DNA of 64,000 bases from Eledone cirrhosa. Its lineage: Eukaryota. The DNA lies in the NCBI GenBank assembly GCA_964016885.1, contig OZ024743.1, forward strand, positions 35,960,001 through 36,024,000, in the 5' to 3' direction. The position numbers and the translations under genes are program-made. Positions 42,307 to 56,095 of this stretch are shown one piece after another. A model generated the notes under the pieces. It was given only the letters and a program-made list of their open reading frames with translations. It searched no databases and was not told the DNA's origin. Numbering within the stretch: position 1 is the stretch's first letter; each line of letters starts with the position of its first letter.

Positions 42307-42669
42307 AGCACGTGTAGAAAAGCACTCACACGTACTTAGAGACACGTTCACGTACACTCAAATTTCCATACGCACACACCCACCCCGCATATATTCACAC
42401 ATACAAGCACGTGCGCACACATAACACACACATACACGCACACATATATATATATATATAGAGAGAGAGAGTGTGTGTGTGTGAGAGAGAGAGGGGGAGG
42501 GAGAGTGAGAGAGAAAGAGAGAGAGTGAGAGAGAGAGATATCGGGAGAGAGAGAGAGAGGGAGAGCAAGAGAGGGAGAGAAAGAGAGAGAGAGCGAGTGT
42601 GTGTGTGAGAGAGAGAGCGAGAGAGAGAGAGAGAGAGTGTGTGTGTGTGTGTGAGAGAGAGAGAGCGAA

Positions 42670-42703
<34 letters not shown>

Positions 42704-42728
42704 TGAGAGAGATAGCGAGAGCGAGAGA

Positions 42729-42808
<80 letters not shown>

Positions 42809-42933
42809 TACATCTCCGAGGAAGGTGAAGCCTGACCGTGTGAAAAAATGATGAATCGGATATGAAATATAATCTGGCGGGATTTTCTTTTTCTTGATGT
42901 AACATATCTACATACACACACACACATATATAT

Positions 42934-43525
42934 ATACAGAAGTACACACACACACACACATATATATATATACAGAAGTACACACACACATACACACATA
43001 TATATATACAGAAGTACACACACACACACACACACACATATATACAGAAGTACACACACACACATATATACAGAAGTACACACACACACACATATATATA
43101 TATACAGAAGTACATACACACACATATATATACAGAAGTACATACATACGCACACACATATATATACAGAAGTACATACACACACACATATATATACAGA
43201 AGTACACACACACACATATATACAGAAGTACACACACACATATATATATACAGAAGTACATACACACACATATATATATATACAGAAGTACATACACACA
43301 CACACACACATATACAGAAGTACATACACACACATATATATACAGAAGTACACACACACATATATATATATGTTCAAAAGTACATACACACACACACATA
43401 TATATACAGAAGTACACACACACATATACATATATATATATATATATACAGAAGTACATACACACACACATATATATATATATATATACAGAAGTACATA
43501 CACACACACATATATATACAGAAGT

Positions 43526-43560
<35 letters not shown>

Positions 43561-43693
43561 CAGAAGTACACACACACACACACACATATATATACAGAAG
43601 TACATACACACACACACACATATATATACAGAAGTACATACATACACACACACATATATATATATATATATACAGAAGTACATACACACACAC

Positions 43694-43742
<49 letters not shown>

Positions 43743-43995
43743 AGCACATACAGACACACATATATATACAGAAGTACACACACACAGATATATATATACA
43801 GAAGTACATACACACACACACATATATATATACAGAAGTACATACACATACACACATATATATATACAGAAGTACATACACACACACATATATATATAGA
43901 AGTACACATACACACATATATATACAGAAGTACACACACACACACATATATATACAGAAGTACACACACACACATATATATATACAGAAGTACAT

Positions 43996-44030
<35 letters not shown>

Positions 44031-44115
44031 CAGAAGTACACACACACACATACATATATACAGAAGTACATACACACTTACACACACATATATATATATA
44101 TACAGAAGTACATAC
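42934..44115. repeat. Compound minisatellite: core TACAGAAGTACA with variable (CA)n(TA)n spacers, roughly 35 units
   Basis: Directly visible; source of the long CV/YI pseudo-ORFs. Confidence 0.92.
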
Positions 44116-44142
44116 ACACACAAACACACACACAAAACACAC

Positions 44143-44206
<64 letters not shown>

Positions 44207-44401
44207 TTATAATAAAACACATGATCAAGTGTAAACACTTTTTGCTATCTTCCTTCCTACCACTCTCTCACACTCAGTGTTAACAAAGCCTCTCTACCCA
44301 CTAGATGGTCATACTTAACTGCACCTCTACATGTGTATCTATGTTTCGACCTATCAGTCTGCTTCTCGATACCTCTGTATATGTGTGCGTATATATGTGT
44401 G

Positions 44402-44472
<71 letters not shown>

Positions 44473-44480
44473 CTATAAAT

Positions 44481-44600
44481 GGTCTGAGTTCAAATCCCGC
44501 CGACGTTAACTTTGCCTTTCATCCTTAAGTGATCGATAAAATAAAATACCAGTAATACACTGAGATGATTGCTGGACTTGTGCCAAAAATAGAAACAATG
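44481..44600 (+). mobile_element. 5'-truncated major-family SINE
   Basis: ctgagttcaaatcccgccgacgttaactttgcctttcatcc...agaaacaat. Confidence 0.8.
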
Positions 44601-44636
44601 ACTAAAGAAATCTATCTATCTATCTATCTATCTATC

Positions 44637-45016
44637 GATTCTTTTTTTCAAATACCACTTTGGAAGAAGAATCAGGATGGAGAGAGAGGTGCTGTACCCC
44701 AGCAAGTTTTATGAAAGGTGGGTGAAAGTGGCGAGAATGACCTGAGTGAATGGGCCTTCTCTCTATATCAGCCTGTAGGTTGAGGAAAAGGAGGAGGAGA
44801 GGAAAGGAGTACAAACTCTTCGTACTCCTGGAGATGAGGGTTGCACATTTTTTCGGGGGTATGTGTTACCCATATGAAATGTCTCCCCCTATTGGGGAAA
44901 ATCGATTAACTTTTAAATTGCATTTGTGATAATATTTTACACGTTTTTATTGTACATAAACTTCCCCCTTTGTATTTGTCCCCTTCTTTTGTGCCCCTGT
45001 GGTTAATAAAGAAACA
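44637..45016 (+). mobile_element. 3' end of an L1/Tx1-like LINE inserted in (TATC)n
   Basis: Relic frame FFKYHFGRRIRMEREVLYPSKFYERWVKVAR, then a 3' UTR and AATAAA at 45005; (TATC)n on both sides. Confidence 0.5.
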
Positions 45017-45078
<62 letters not shown>

Positions 45079-45660
45079 ACTATATGTTTTTTGTATAATT
45101 ACCAATATATTTATTTTCGGGCAAAAACCAAAATAAGAACAACAGCAAATGACAAATCTGAAGAGCAGATGGAGGATAGATAAGTATATAGGTAGAACAA
45201 AGACATCGTAATTTAGTGGATATGTATTTGATAATAATTAATAAGAATGTATTTGATTTAAATGAATATAAAATGAAATACAGGAATGATCCAGCTAGCA
45301 AGAGAGGGTCAAGGAAAATAGCGCATTCAAGCATTTTTACATAGTATATCGTAATCAAGGAATTATTAAATTAATAATTATATTTATTTAAAATCACGCC
45401 ATTTTTGATGGGTAAATCTTGTCAAGATGGAGTAAACAGAATAAGACCAGAAAGAATAGGAGACACTGAGAAGAAGAAATAATTATTTAGGAGGTCGCAG
45501 AATGTGTGACGAAAGAGCTTTGACGAAATAACCAATAACTGATGATAAAACAGTTTAAGTGAAAGACAAATAGCGCGTATGATTTTAGAGCACATTGGCA
45601 AAATGACCATCCACAAATATATACATACATACATATATATAGATGTATATATACACATAT

Positions 45661-45734
<74 letters not shown>

Positions 45735-45776
45735 GTACACATATACATATATATATATATATATGTATATGTACAC

Positions 45777-45841
<65 letters not shown>

Positions 45842-46165
45842 TACATATATATGCAAATGTTCTCCCCGCTCCACAATGACGTATTATCTTCGTTTTTTCC
45901 GTTCATTGCCAGAGAACGTCTCTATGAATCACTTAATAGAATATTAGTCTACGACTTCTTTTATACCATAAACGTGGTTTTGTCTTTGCGTGTAATTGTT
46001 CTCAACGCTCCAAATAATGACATATTATATTCGTTTTTTTCCGTTCTTTGCCAGGGAATGTTTCCAAGAACCAAAGTATCGTCTTCCTGTCTTCCTCCGG
46101 CTGCAACGTTTTTTGAAATATTCACTTCTGCGTTCACAGATTGACTTTGTTAGTTTCAGAAGATC

Positions 46166-46283
46166 CCGTTAAGGGTGAAAGCAGCGATTCTTTGCTTAAA
46201 CTTTAATCTGTTATTTTAATAAATTAATATATATATATAACATTAAAGTTTAAGCAAAGAATCGCTGCTTTCACCCTTAACGG
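46166..46283. repeat. Perfect 42-bp inverted repeat adjoining a hammerhead motif
   Basis: 46166-46207 is the exact reverse complement of 46242-46283. Confidence 0.9.
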
Positions 46284-46333
46284 ACTTCCTGATGATTTCT
46301 CCCGAATTAAACAGTTCTAGTCCTGTAGAAGCC
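46282..46333 (+). ncRNA. Family A hammerhead motif (G12 mutated)
   Basis: ggacttc-CTGATGA-tttctcccgaat-TAAA-cag..ctg-TA-gaagcc. Confidence 0.6.
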
Positions 46334-46485
46334 ATTGACAGGGATGACTACAGGTAAAAAAGGTACACAATACCTTAGAGTACAGGCATCTTTTATATAT
46401 ACATGATTGGAACTGTTTCATTCGTCTGAAACTTGGACATTCCTAATGATTTCATACAAATGAAATGAAACGTCATTTCTATATA

Positions 46486-46668
46486 ACTGTTGATACTTTT
46501 GGCACAAGGCCAGCAATTACCTCAGTGTATTACTGGTACTTTATTTTATCGACCCCGTAAGGATGAAAGGCAAAGTTAACCTCGGCGGGATTTGAACTCA
46601 AACCGTAAAGTGCCGTAACTCTATGCTGCATGGAGTCCACCCTCTACCGGTACTGCCAATCCACTGCA
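46486..46668 (-). mobile_element. Major-family SINE
   Basis: Matches consensus. Confidence 0.85.
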
Positions 46669-46675
46669 TAATATG

Positions 46676-46760
<85 letters not shown>

Positions 46761-46840
46761 AATGTGCACGTATATATACGTATATGTATGTACATATATA
46801 TCTATATAAACGTGTAATATATGTTTATATATACCCACCC

Positions 46841-46931
<91 letters not shown>

Positions 46932-47033
46932 TATATATGCGTGTGTATGCGTGTGTGTCCCCGTATACGAACATATGTATGCGTATGAATAAATGCCTCC
47001 AGATTTCTATATTCCTTCGCTACTCTGAGTTTC

Positions 47034-47080
<47 letters not shown>

Positions 47081-47309
47081 ACAGCCACAGCAATAGCAGT
47101 AGTATTAGTTGTGGGAGTGGGGTGGTAGTAGTAGCAGTAGTGGTGGTGGTGGTAGTGGTGGTGGCAGTTTTAATAATTAATTGTGGTTATAGAGGGAGTA
47201 GAGTAAATAATAAATACCATCCCTCCCACACTTAGAATCCTACGCTCTAATTCCTATTCCGCCAAATAAAGAACAAAAATTATGGCGACCTATACCTTAC
47301 ATTAATATG

Positions 47310-47360
<51 letters not shown>

Positions 47361-47504
47361 TTACACTCACATACACACCCACATATACATACACACACAT
47401 ACATACATACACATACACACACACATTCATATATATATATATATATATATGTTCACACAAATACATACACACACAAGGCCACTTTCTATCTCTTTCTCTC
47501 TCTC

Positions 47505-47540
<36 letters not shown>

Positions 47541-47706
47541 GTGTGTGTGTGTGTGTGTATATATAAATATATGTGTATATCAGGTGCGAAGGGTCCGTGC
47601 ATGCAACACATGCAGTGCATGCGTTATAGAATCTTGAGTTGATCAATTGCGTCGGTTGAAGCAACCAGAATTTTGACTGCTTACTAAAACGTATAGACAC
47701 AAAAAG

Positions 47707-47743
<37 letters not shown>

Positions 47744-47833
47744 ACAAACACATACACACAAACACACGACAGCTCTGGGGCAATCAGAATTTTGACTGCT
47801 TACTAAATCGTAGATACATAAAAAGATTACACA

Positions 47834-47928
<95 letters not shown>

Positions 47929-48358
47929 TATATATATATATATATAACACTACATGCGGCTTTGACCGGGAGGGTCATTTAGAGGGAATTGGGGGGTTAA
48001 GTCTGCACAGCCCCACTTTCTGCCATACCGATTGGACTGCATGCCCTGCTTTCTAGGTTACCCTTCTAACTGATGTATATGTATGTATATACATATATAT
48101 ATATATATCATATATTGAGTTATAAACTCAAAATAGTCTTTTACAATTAAATAGCTCAAAGAAGGGAATCTTTCCGAGCCGTGTAATACAATTGAATATA
48201 TGAGAGAGATGAACACCAATACAAGTATACATGTGTTCCAATTGTAAATGACCAAGTTAGCTAGGTTGAAAAATACTAATTTAAAATAATATGGTTTGCC
48301 TGTTTCGATTTAAAGTAATAAATCAATAAAAATAACAAACCTATATTGGGCAATCGCC

Positions 48359-48453
<95 letters not shown>

Positions 48454-48982
48454 TGTGTGTATGTCTGATGGTAGCAAAGATGCTTCCATAGGCGGTATGC
48501 CGGTTGAGCACTCTATGTTCTTACAGAGCAGTGTATGATAGAATAGATGCATCACTGATTTTTCGTTTTCTATTCTATATATATATTCTATATATATATA
48601 TATATATATATTTCATCCTATAACTCGCAACATAAGTTTAGCGTTCCAATCTTTGGTTCACACATTAGACCATACAGACACCCACTATAGATTCTTTGGG
48701 TAGCATTTTTTACGCGGCATTTTCTAACATGAATGTAGTTTGACCCTTACACTACACTTCTTTCTCCCTTTCTTTCTTCCCCTTCTTCTTTGACGGAGTG
48801 GTGGTAGTATATGATAGCCCTGCGCCCCCTTACCAGATATTCACTGGTAGTTTTCAGTTGCCAACACTTTGAGGGCGGCTGGCTGTGAAGCTAGTTGGTC
48901 AGCCGCCCTTTCTGTCTCTGGTTTACCAGACTCATGGTTTTTCGGACCCATGGCTTTTTACATATTCCTTTGTTATATTCCA

Positions 48983-49040
48983 ATACCTGATGATATCACC
49001 AGATTCATATGGAACCCGGTCATTGAAATGATCATAGTAT
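48983..49040 (+). ncRNA. Minimal type I hammerhead, family C
   Basis: atac-CTGATGA-(31-nt imperfect stem II)-GAAA-tgatca-TA-gtat; stem III is the palindrome ATGATCAT; AATAAA follows immediately. Confidence 0.7.
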
Positions 49041-49129
49041 AATAAACCTTTAATTTCTTTAATCAAAATACGGCAATAGCTTATATTTCTAATTTCAAAA
49101 TCGGTCGGTGTTTCGAAAATATTCTTACT

Positions 49130-49189
<60 letters not shown>

Positions 49190-49198
49190 AGTAAGAAT

Positions 49199-49237
<39 letters not shown>

Positions 49238-49317
49238 CCCTTCACTTTCCAGGGATAACTTGAACCGTTAAGGCATATTATCCTTGGACATGTCAAATAT
49301 TTATAAAACATTTTGTA

Positions 49318-49375
49318 TTTTATCTGATGAGTGCGTACCAAAATTTTTGGTACCCTTGAAATATATATAATAGAA
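49318..49375 (+). ncRNA. Minimal type I hammerhead ribozyme, family B (intact core)
   Basis: ttttat-CTGATGA-gtgcgtaccaaaa t ttttggtaccctt-GAAA-tatata-TA-atagaa; predicted cleavage after 49369. Confidence 0.78.
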
Positions 49376-49972
49376 TAAATATGGTTTTATAAATATAGTT
49401 TCCATTTATTTAATATCATTGAATACTTCCTCCAGAAACCTTTCGAGTGCTCTGAATTAGTTATAAACATCTATATTTGTTGGATTTCCAACAAATTGAA
49501 TATTTCTTCTACATATATATATATGTATGTATATGCATATATTTATGTAATTAATATGGACGCCTGTATGTATGTATATATGGCGAGGTGGTGGTATTGG
49601 TGTTGATGACAAAGTGGTGGTGGCGGCGGAGAATGTATCGGTGATAAATTAGCGAGGAGATGGTGGAGGTGGTGAAAGTGGTGCTAATAGTCTAGACGAA
49701 AGTGAAACGTTCATTTATTTATCTATTTATATTTGCCAATGAAATTATCTATTAACTACCACTCCCGACGACGACGAAGACTTCCACCACCGCCACCGTC
49801 ACCACCACCACCACTATTACGACGACGATGACCACTTTTTTATCTGTATATGCATATGTGCATATTCGTATCCATATTTATATATGATGTGAAGAAGTGT
49901 GTGTGTTGTCAACACACACAAAAACAAAGGACAGAACAAAGGAGAGGCACAAAAGAAAGAAAAGAATCCCCA

Positions 49973-50015
49973 GTCACTGAAGAGGTCACAGAATGTGTGA
50001 CGAAAGAACTTTGAC
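49973..50015 (+). ncRNA. Minimal hammerhead motif, family F
   Basis: gtca-CTGAAGA-g-gtcaca gaatg tgtgac-GAAA-gaac-TT-tgac; a homolog lacking CUGA is at 45486-45526. Confidence 0.62.
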
Positions 50016-50225
50016 AATATATGAACAACAGTCCGGTTATGAAACCAACCAACCAACCGGAAATTTATAAATTCTTAAATTTATAAATTTAATTTATAAT
50101 AAATTGGAGTGAAAGCAACTGGTGCGTGTGTTTCTTATTAGCAACATGACCCTCCCAAAGCATAACAATATGGGTTTCAACATACGTTTTCAGATAAAGA
50201 ATCTTGCTAAACAAATTCAGAAACG

Positions 50226-50261
<36 letters not shown>

Positions 50262-50266
<5 letters not shown>

Positions 50267-50690
50267 AATGAAGAAGCTCTTGTTGCTACATCATTCGAAG
50301 AGTCTTGTAATTCGAAAATCGTTTGTCAATCGCTACCACCAAAGCATTTAAGTTTATCGTCAGCAAAAAAGATGACTGGAGTTGTCCACCAACCACCCCT
50401 CTCTACTACATCCAAGCAGATAGGTGATGTCAAACAAGGACCATCAAATCACCAGTTTCCATCTACATCTTTTAAGATAGAATGAAAGAATCTCAAATAC
50501 GTTAAGTCATTTACATATCTAGGCACCAAAGAGGGCTCAAACGCATCCCTTGTTGACGAGATTGACCATCGAATTGCCAAAACATCTAGTGCATTTGGTA
50601 AACTCCGTCATCGTCTGTGGAAACAAAAATTAGAGTTTATAAAGCTGTTGTTCTGACTATCCTTTTCTGAGTCCTGGACACCGTACTGCA
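50262..50690 (+). mobile_element. Degenerate RTE LINE reverse-transcriptase fragment
   Basis: YANEEALVA...VVHQP...LKYVKSFTYLGT...SLVDEIDHRIAKTSSAFGKLRHRLW..KIRVYKAVVLTIL...SWTPY, with stops and frameshifts. Confidence 0.8.
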
Positions 50691-50843
50691 AAAACAGTAA
50701 TGGTATATATATGAGGTCACCTATCTTGGTAAATGGAATAATTGCATTGTGTTGTTTATTACATAATATGTATATATATATATATATACTGTATATATAT
50801 CAGGAAACAAGGAATCAGCGTTGCATCATATCCATATTTAATA

Positions 50844-50934
50844 ACATATTACATATGTTTCACTGTCGATCAGCTCGAGGAACGATCGATTAAAGATCAA
50901 TCCTGACTCTGAATCGGAAGCTTCTCAGATATGT
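50844..50934 (-). ncRNA. Hammerhead-like motif with extended stem II (family I)
   Basis: acatat-CTGAGAA-gct...(about 60 nt)...agt-GAAA-catatg-TA-atatgt; 6-bp stem I and palindromic stem III; core is one base short of CUGANGA. Confidence 0.55.
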
Positions 50935-50984
50935 GTTAATATGTAGACTCGCGTCTAAGAGTGGTTGGATAGCTATCCTGATTC

Positions 50985-51058
<74 letters not shown>

Positions 51059-51786
51059 AATTTTAGTACAGCATAATCGAAGCTCTGGCTGCAGCCAAGC
51101 TAACGAATGCAATCGGGGTGTGCAGCTAAGTACTCAATAAGGTATATTACCCTAGAGTTATAAAATTACGTTTAGACAGCTTTGCAAATTGAAGACAGCG
51201 ACCGATAGGCGAGCCGCAGTGACCATAGCGACGAAAAAAACTCAGGAAAATATGACAAACCTGGACCGTCGCGTTGATACTATATATAACATATCATATA
51301 TAATACATAACATATATAACATATAACATACAATATCTCCGCTAGGTTTCTGTAAATCCGAAATCAACAAAATCCACTTGCAGGGGCCTGCAAGTTATTG
51401 GTTTTGGAAGATAGAACAGTGGAATTTATATATATATATATGTTGGCATATATATACCACCACCACCACCACAACAACAACACCAACATTCACCACCACC
51501 ACCACCACCGCCACCACCACCACTACTGTCACATTACACTCCATGTCTGTTTATATGACATACTTCAAGTCCTGGCGTCTCACCAGCCAATGTTGCCGTT
51601 AGTTGGTGCAATGTGTTTTCCATATTGCCCCTTTCACCCCTACCTCTATCTCACTCTTACTTTTCTCTCTGACACCCTCTCTCTTTTCTAGTACACACAT
51701 ATTTACGCATATGTACAATTTTAAATAATTATGTATATATATATATATATTTATAGATACATATATATAAATAAATATATAAATAA

Positions 51787-51834
<48 letters not shown>

Positions 51835-52027
51835 TTCGACGGCTAATTCTGGACTAGCCGTCGGGGTCCTACTTGTTCCTATTACCCACTCTACTACCCT
51901 AAGTATTGAGTACTTTGGTGCGTTATGGTCCATCTGGTTCCTTACCACATTTCCTTCGTTATATATATATATATGTATATATATGTATATATAAATATAT
52001 AAGTATATATATATATGTATAATTATA

Positions 52028-52145
<118 letters not shown>

Positions 52146-52416
52146 TCATGCGCACACACATATATATCAGTGTGTGTGTGTGTGTGTGTAAGTCTCTGCA
52201 TGCGAGTATTATATATATATATATATGTTCATTTTTATCCCCCCCCCCCTTTATATTATTATCCTTCATCATCATCATCATCATCATCATCACCATAAGC
52301 ATCATCACCACCATCATCAAAACAAACAAAATTCCACAAAACGTTAATTTGCACAAATTTTAGTTACATTTAGTAGTACTGATGTGAATAGCAGTGGAAA
52401 AAGCAGCAGCTGCAGC

Positions 52417-52466
<50 letters not shown>

Positions 52467-53457
52467 ATGTGGTAATAGTAGTAACTGTCTCATTAATTCA
52501 TTTGAAGTCTTCACTGCAGGAGGTAAAATTAAGTGTTGGTGTTCCCATGGTTTCTGGAACGATAGTACAGATTTCTATATTGAAGGAGGGAGTTGTTTGA
52601 TTAACCCTTTCGAATGTAAATGACCTGAAACCGCCCCTTATTTTATGATACAAAGCAGTAATGATTGAACAGAAAAGGAAAATATCTAAAAACCAGTTTG
52701 TCAATTTAAATGTTTATAATTTATTTATGTTAACTATTGAAAAGATCATTGTGAAAATTTGCACTATTTTGTACTTCTCAAGAATATATTGTTAATGCGG
52801 TTTCACGTGGAAGAGGATGTTACGATTTAACATATTTATATTTATCTAAAAAAAAGCTTGTATCATAATTCTATGTAAGAACATTGATTTAGCTATATCC
52901 TAAACACTAACTAATGGAAAAGTTAGTTGTATTAATAAATTCCTTTAAATTCTTCATTATTTTAAAACTGACATGAAAATTATAGGCATTAGAAATATGC
53001 TAATGAAATAGTTAACAGTTGGGGTGGAGGTGGTGGTGATACTGGGTATTATTGATGGTGATGGTATGTGTGTGTTCAATCATCAGCCTCCAACCATCAG
53101 CTTCTAATCATCAGCACTTCTAATCATCAGTATTTGGGGGCAAAGACAATTAGTTATTAAATAGTACAGTACACCGACCTTGGAGTTAGTTACTATGGAT
53201 GATATACAACTGACTGTTATAAGCAGCTGTAATGTCTATATAATTAATAGATGTTTGCTTAGTTTAAATTGCTGACTTCAGGTAAGTGGACTGCTTTTAG
53301 GCATGAATACAAAATGAAAGGCAGACATATTGAACATAAAGACGAAAGCAATAACAAAAGCAGCTTTGTTCATTGTATAGGACAAGGAACATAGAATCAA
53401 ATGTATATTTCCTACAAGGTCGCTCGATCTTTCTTGTTATGATTTAGTAAAAAAAGT

Positions 53458-53750
53458 AGCAGGATAGCTAAATGGTTATGAGTGCAATTTGCAATCATTA
53501 GGTCTCAGGTTTGATCCTATGGCTTGGTATCTTGGGCAATATCATTTATCATAGCCTCGGGTCGACTCATGCATTGTGAGAGAAATCGGGTAGATGGAAA
53601 CTGTTTGGAAGCCAATCAGATGGGCTTTATCTGTCACGCAGTATTTCCTGCTGAATCTCTCTGTAGAATGCTCAGTCACTTGTACGTCATGGGCAAGCAG
53701 TTCCGTTGATCGAACATCTGGAACACTCGTCTTCGAAACCAACGGAAGTT
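53458..53750 (+). mobile_element. tRNA-derived SINE, third family; related copies at about 54000-54155 (-) and 63820-63965 (+)
   Basis: Degenerate A/B boxes, then cttgggcaa...atagcctcgggtcgac...tagatggaaactgt. Confidence 0.6.
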
Positions 53751-54618
53751 CATCAAACACTCGATTATCAATGAGTCACGTGAATGAAAGAAAAAAGAGC
53801 AGTGCATGTCTTTGAACTTTTCATAGTCTCCAAGAGGAAGAAAAGATAAAACCATGACACATGAGTGATGCTCAGAATGGAGACCTGGTCCAAATACTTA
53901 TAAAAGTAAATTCCAGTAAAGGTACCCAGGGATAGGGGGTGGTCTTAAACGGGACGAAGGATTAGGTCTATCATCCAGTGACAGGTACAGTTCACTCGAG
54001 AGGCTTCTGCACAATTTCCGCCTATCCAATTTACCTCACATCCTTTGGTCGATCTGGGGTAGAATTCATTTGCTCAAGGTGGCCCGTTGTGGGATAGAAC
54101 TGAGAACTATGTGAGTACAAAGTGAACTTCTTAACGATGCAACGATGCCTGCACAGAATATTAGACCATTGAATATAAACAAGTAGGGTGATGTTCAACC
54201 TATTACCCAAGGTAAATTATTTTGGAACAAGATGATCACGTGGTCATATCCTATTTACAAATCCTCCCATTTTCTTAGCCGCATCTTTGAAAACCGGTAC
54301 AATACTAACGTCTTTTTCTGTGTTTTGTTTAGGATGCTAACTCCGCAATTATACCATTCCATGACCTAACTGACTGTATTGCAACACTGGTTCCAACATA
54401 TACTGACTGTGTAGTAATACAGAACAAATAAGACCAATTCTATGACAAACTAAGACAAATTATGACAACATAGACTCTGTGCCAACATATGTTAAATGGC
54501 ATCACCGACGCCATGGTAACATCAATTCCATGGTAACACAGACACCACAGTGGTAGGACTTATCTTAACCCTCACCTTGCACTTATTCATCCCATACATC
54601 CACACACTGACATAGATA

Positions 54619-54670
<52 letters not shown>

Positions 54671-55295
54671 TCACATACACACATACACAATACACACATT
54701 CACATACACACATACACAATACACACATATGCCTGAACACATCACATAACCAACACTCATTGACACATACATGAAGACAGAACTTTAGAGACATCCTACA
54801 GTGAACAGCACGTCGGGATATCACCCGCCATTTCAACATCCTGTAATTAAAGCCGTCTCGCTTTCTGGTTTTCATTTATGTGCGTATGTGTCAGAATGTA
54901 TGAACGTGGGTATGTGTGTATATACCATAATGACCGTGTATCTGTGTGTATGTCTGCAGACGGTAAATATGATTGTATCCGTATGAATTCATATAAGTGT
55001 GTGTCTGTCTTTAATTTCATATTTAAATATAAGTTGGCATGTGTGTATGTGTGTAGCAGAGCGACTGTGAATGTGTAAGTTATATTAGATAATATAAGCA
55101 CCACTTTGAGACGAAATATTCTCTCCCCCCTCTCACTCACCCTCTCACTCCCCCTTCACTATGTCTCTCTCTATATATATGTATATAGACATATATATAT
55201 ATACATATACATACACATGTATATATATATATATATTATACACACACACAGAAACACATATATATACATACACACACATATTTATATACATACAT

Positions 55296-55361
<66 letters not shown>

Positions 55362-55419
55362 ACATACATACATACACACACACATATATATATACATACA
55401 AAGTGGGGGAGAATTTGTG

Positions 55420-55485
<66 letters not shown>

Positions 55486-55511
55486 CGTGAGTGGGTGTGA
55501 GTGATGGAGAG

Positions 55512-55581
<70 letters not shown>

Positions 55582-55753
55582 AAGAGAATCAAATACAGGA
55601 AAACAAAATATTTAAGTACAAAGCATAATTTCTTTAGCATAAGCAAGTTCTTGAATATTTCATAGATGTCACGTGATTAGCATATGTCAACATTTGGAGA
55701 CGCATGCTATTACAGTAGCTTTATCCCCCCCACCTCTCTCTCTATATATATAT

Positions 55754-55825
<72 letters not shown>

Positions 55826-55831
<6 letters not shown>

Positions 55832-56005
55832 TGGCTTTTACAGGACTAGAACTGTTTCATTGGAGGAAATCATCAGGGCTTTCCTGATGATTTCCTTCGA
55901 ATGAAATAGTTCTAGTCTTGTAGAAACCATTTCTATATTAAATATTTATGCTCTGCTATGTATTGAGTACCTTACTTACTGTGGTTACCCCGATTGAACC
56001 CTGAT
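55826..56005. mobile_element. Family A element with inverted duplication: back-to-back hammerhead cores on both strands
   Basis: 55826-55878 mirrors 55882-55935; TCATCAG at 55870 and CTGATGA at 55884, each with its own GAAA and stem III. Confidence 0.75.
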
Positions 56006-56039
56006 ACACACACAGACACACACAGACACACACACACAC

Positions 56040-56093
<54 letters not shown>

Positions 56094-56095
<2 letters not shown>

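Noticed and set aside
42348-44238. Long Cys/Val/Tyr/Ile ORFs (up to 445 aa), and similar ORFs across the window
   Set aside because: Dinucleotide-repeat artefacts.
54330-54520. Plus-strand exon after ttttgtttag
   Set aside because: Frames contain stops; DQFYDKLRQIM looks more like an old RTE endonuclease relic.
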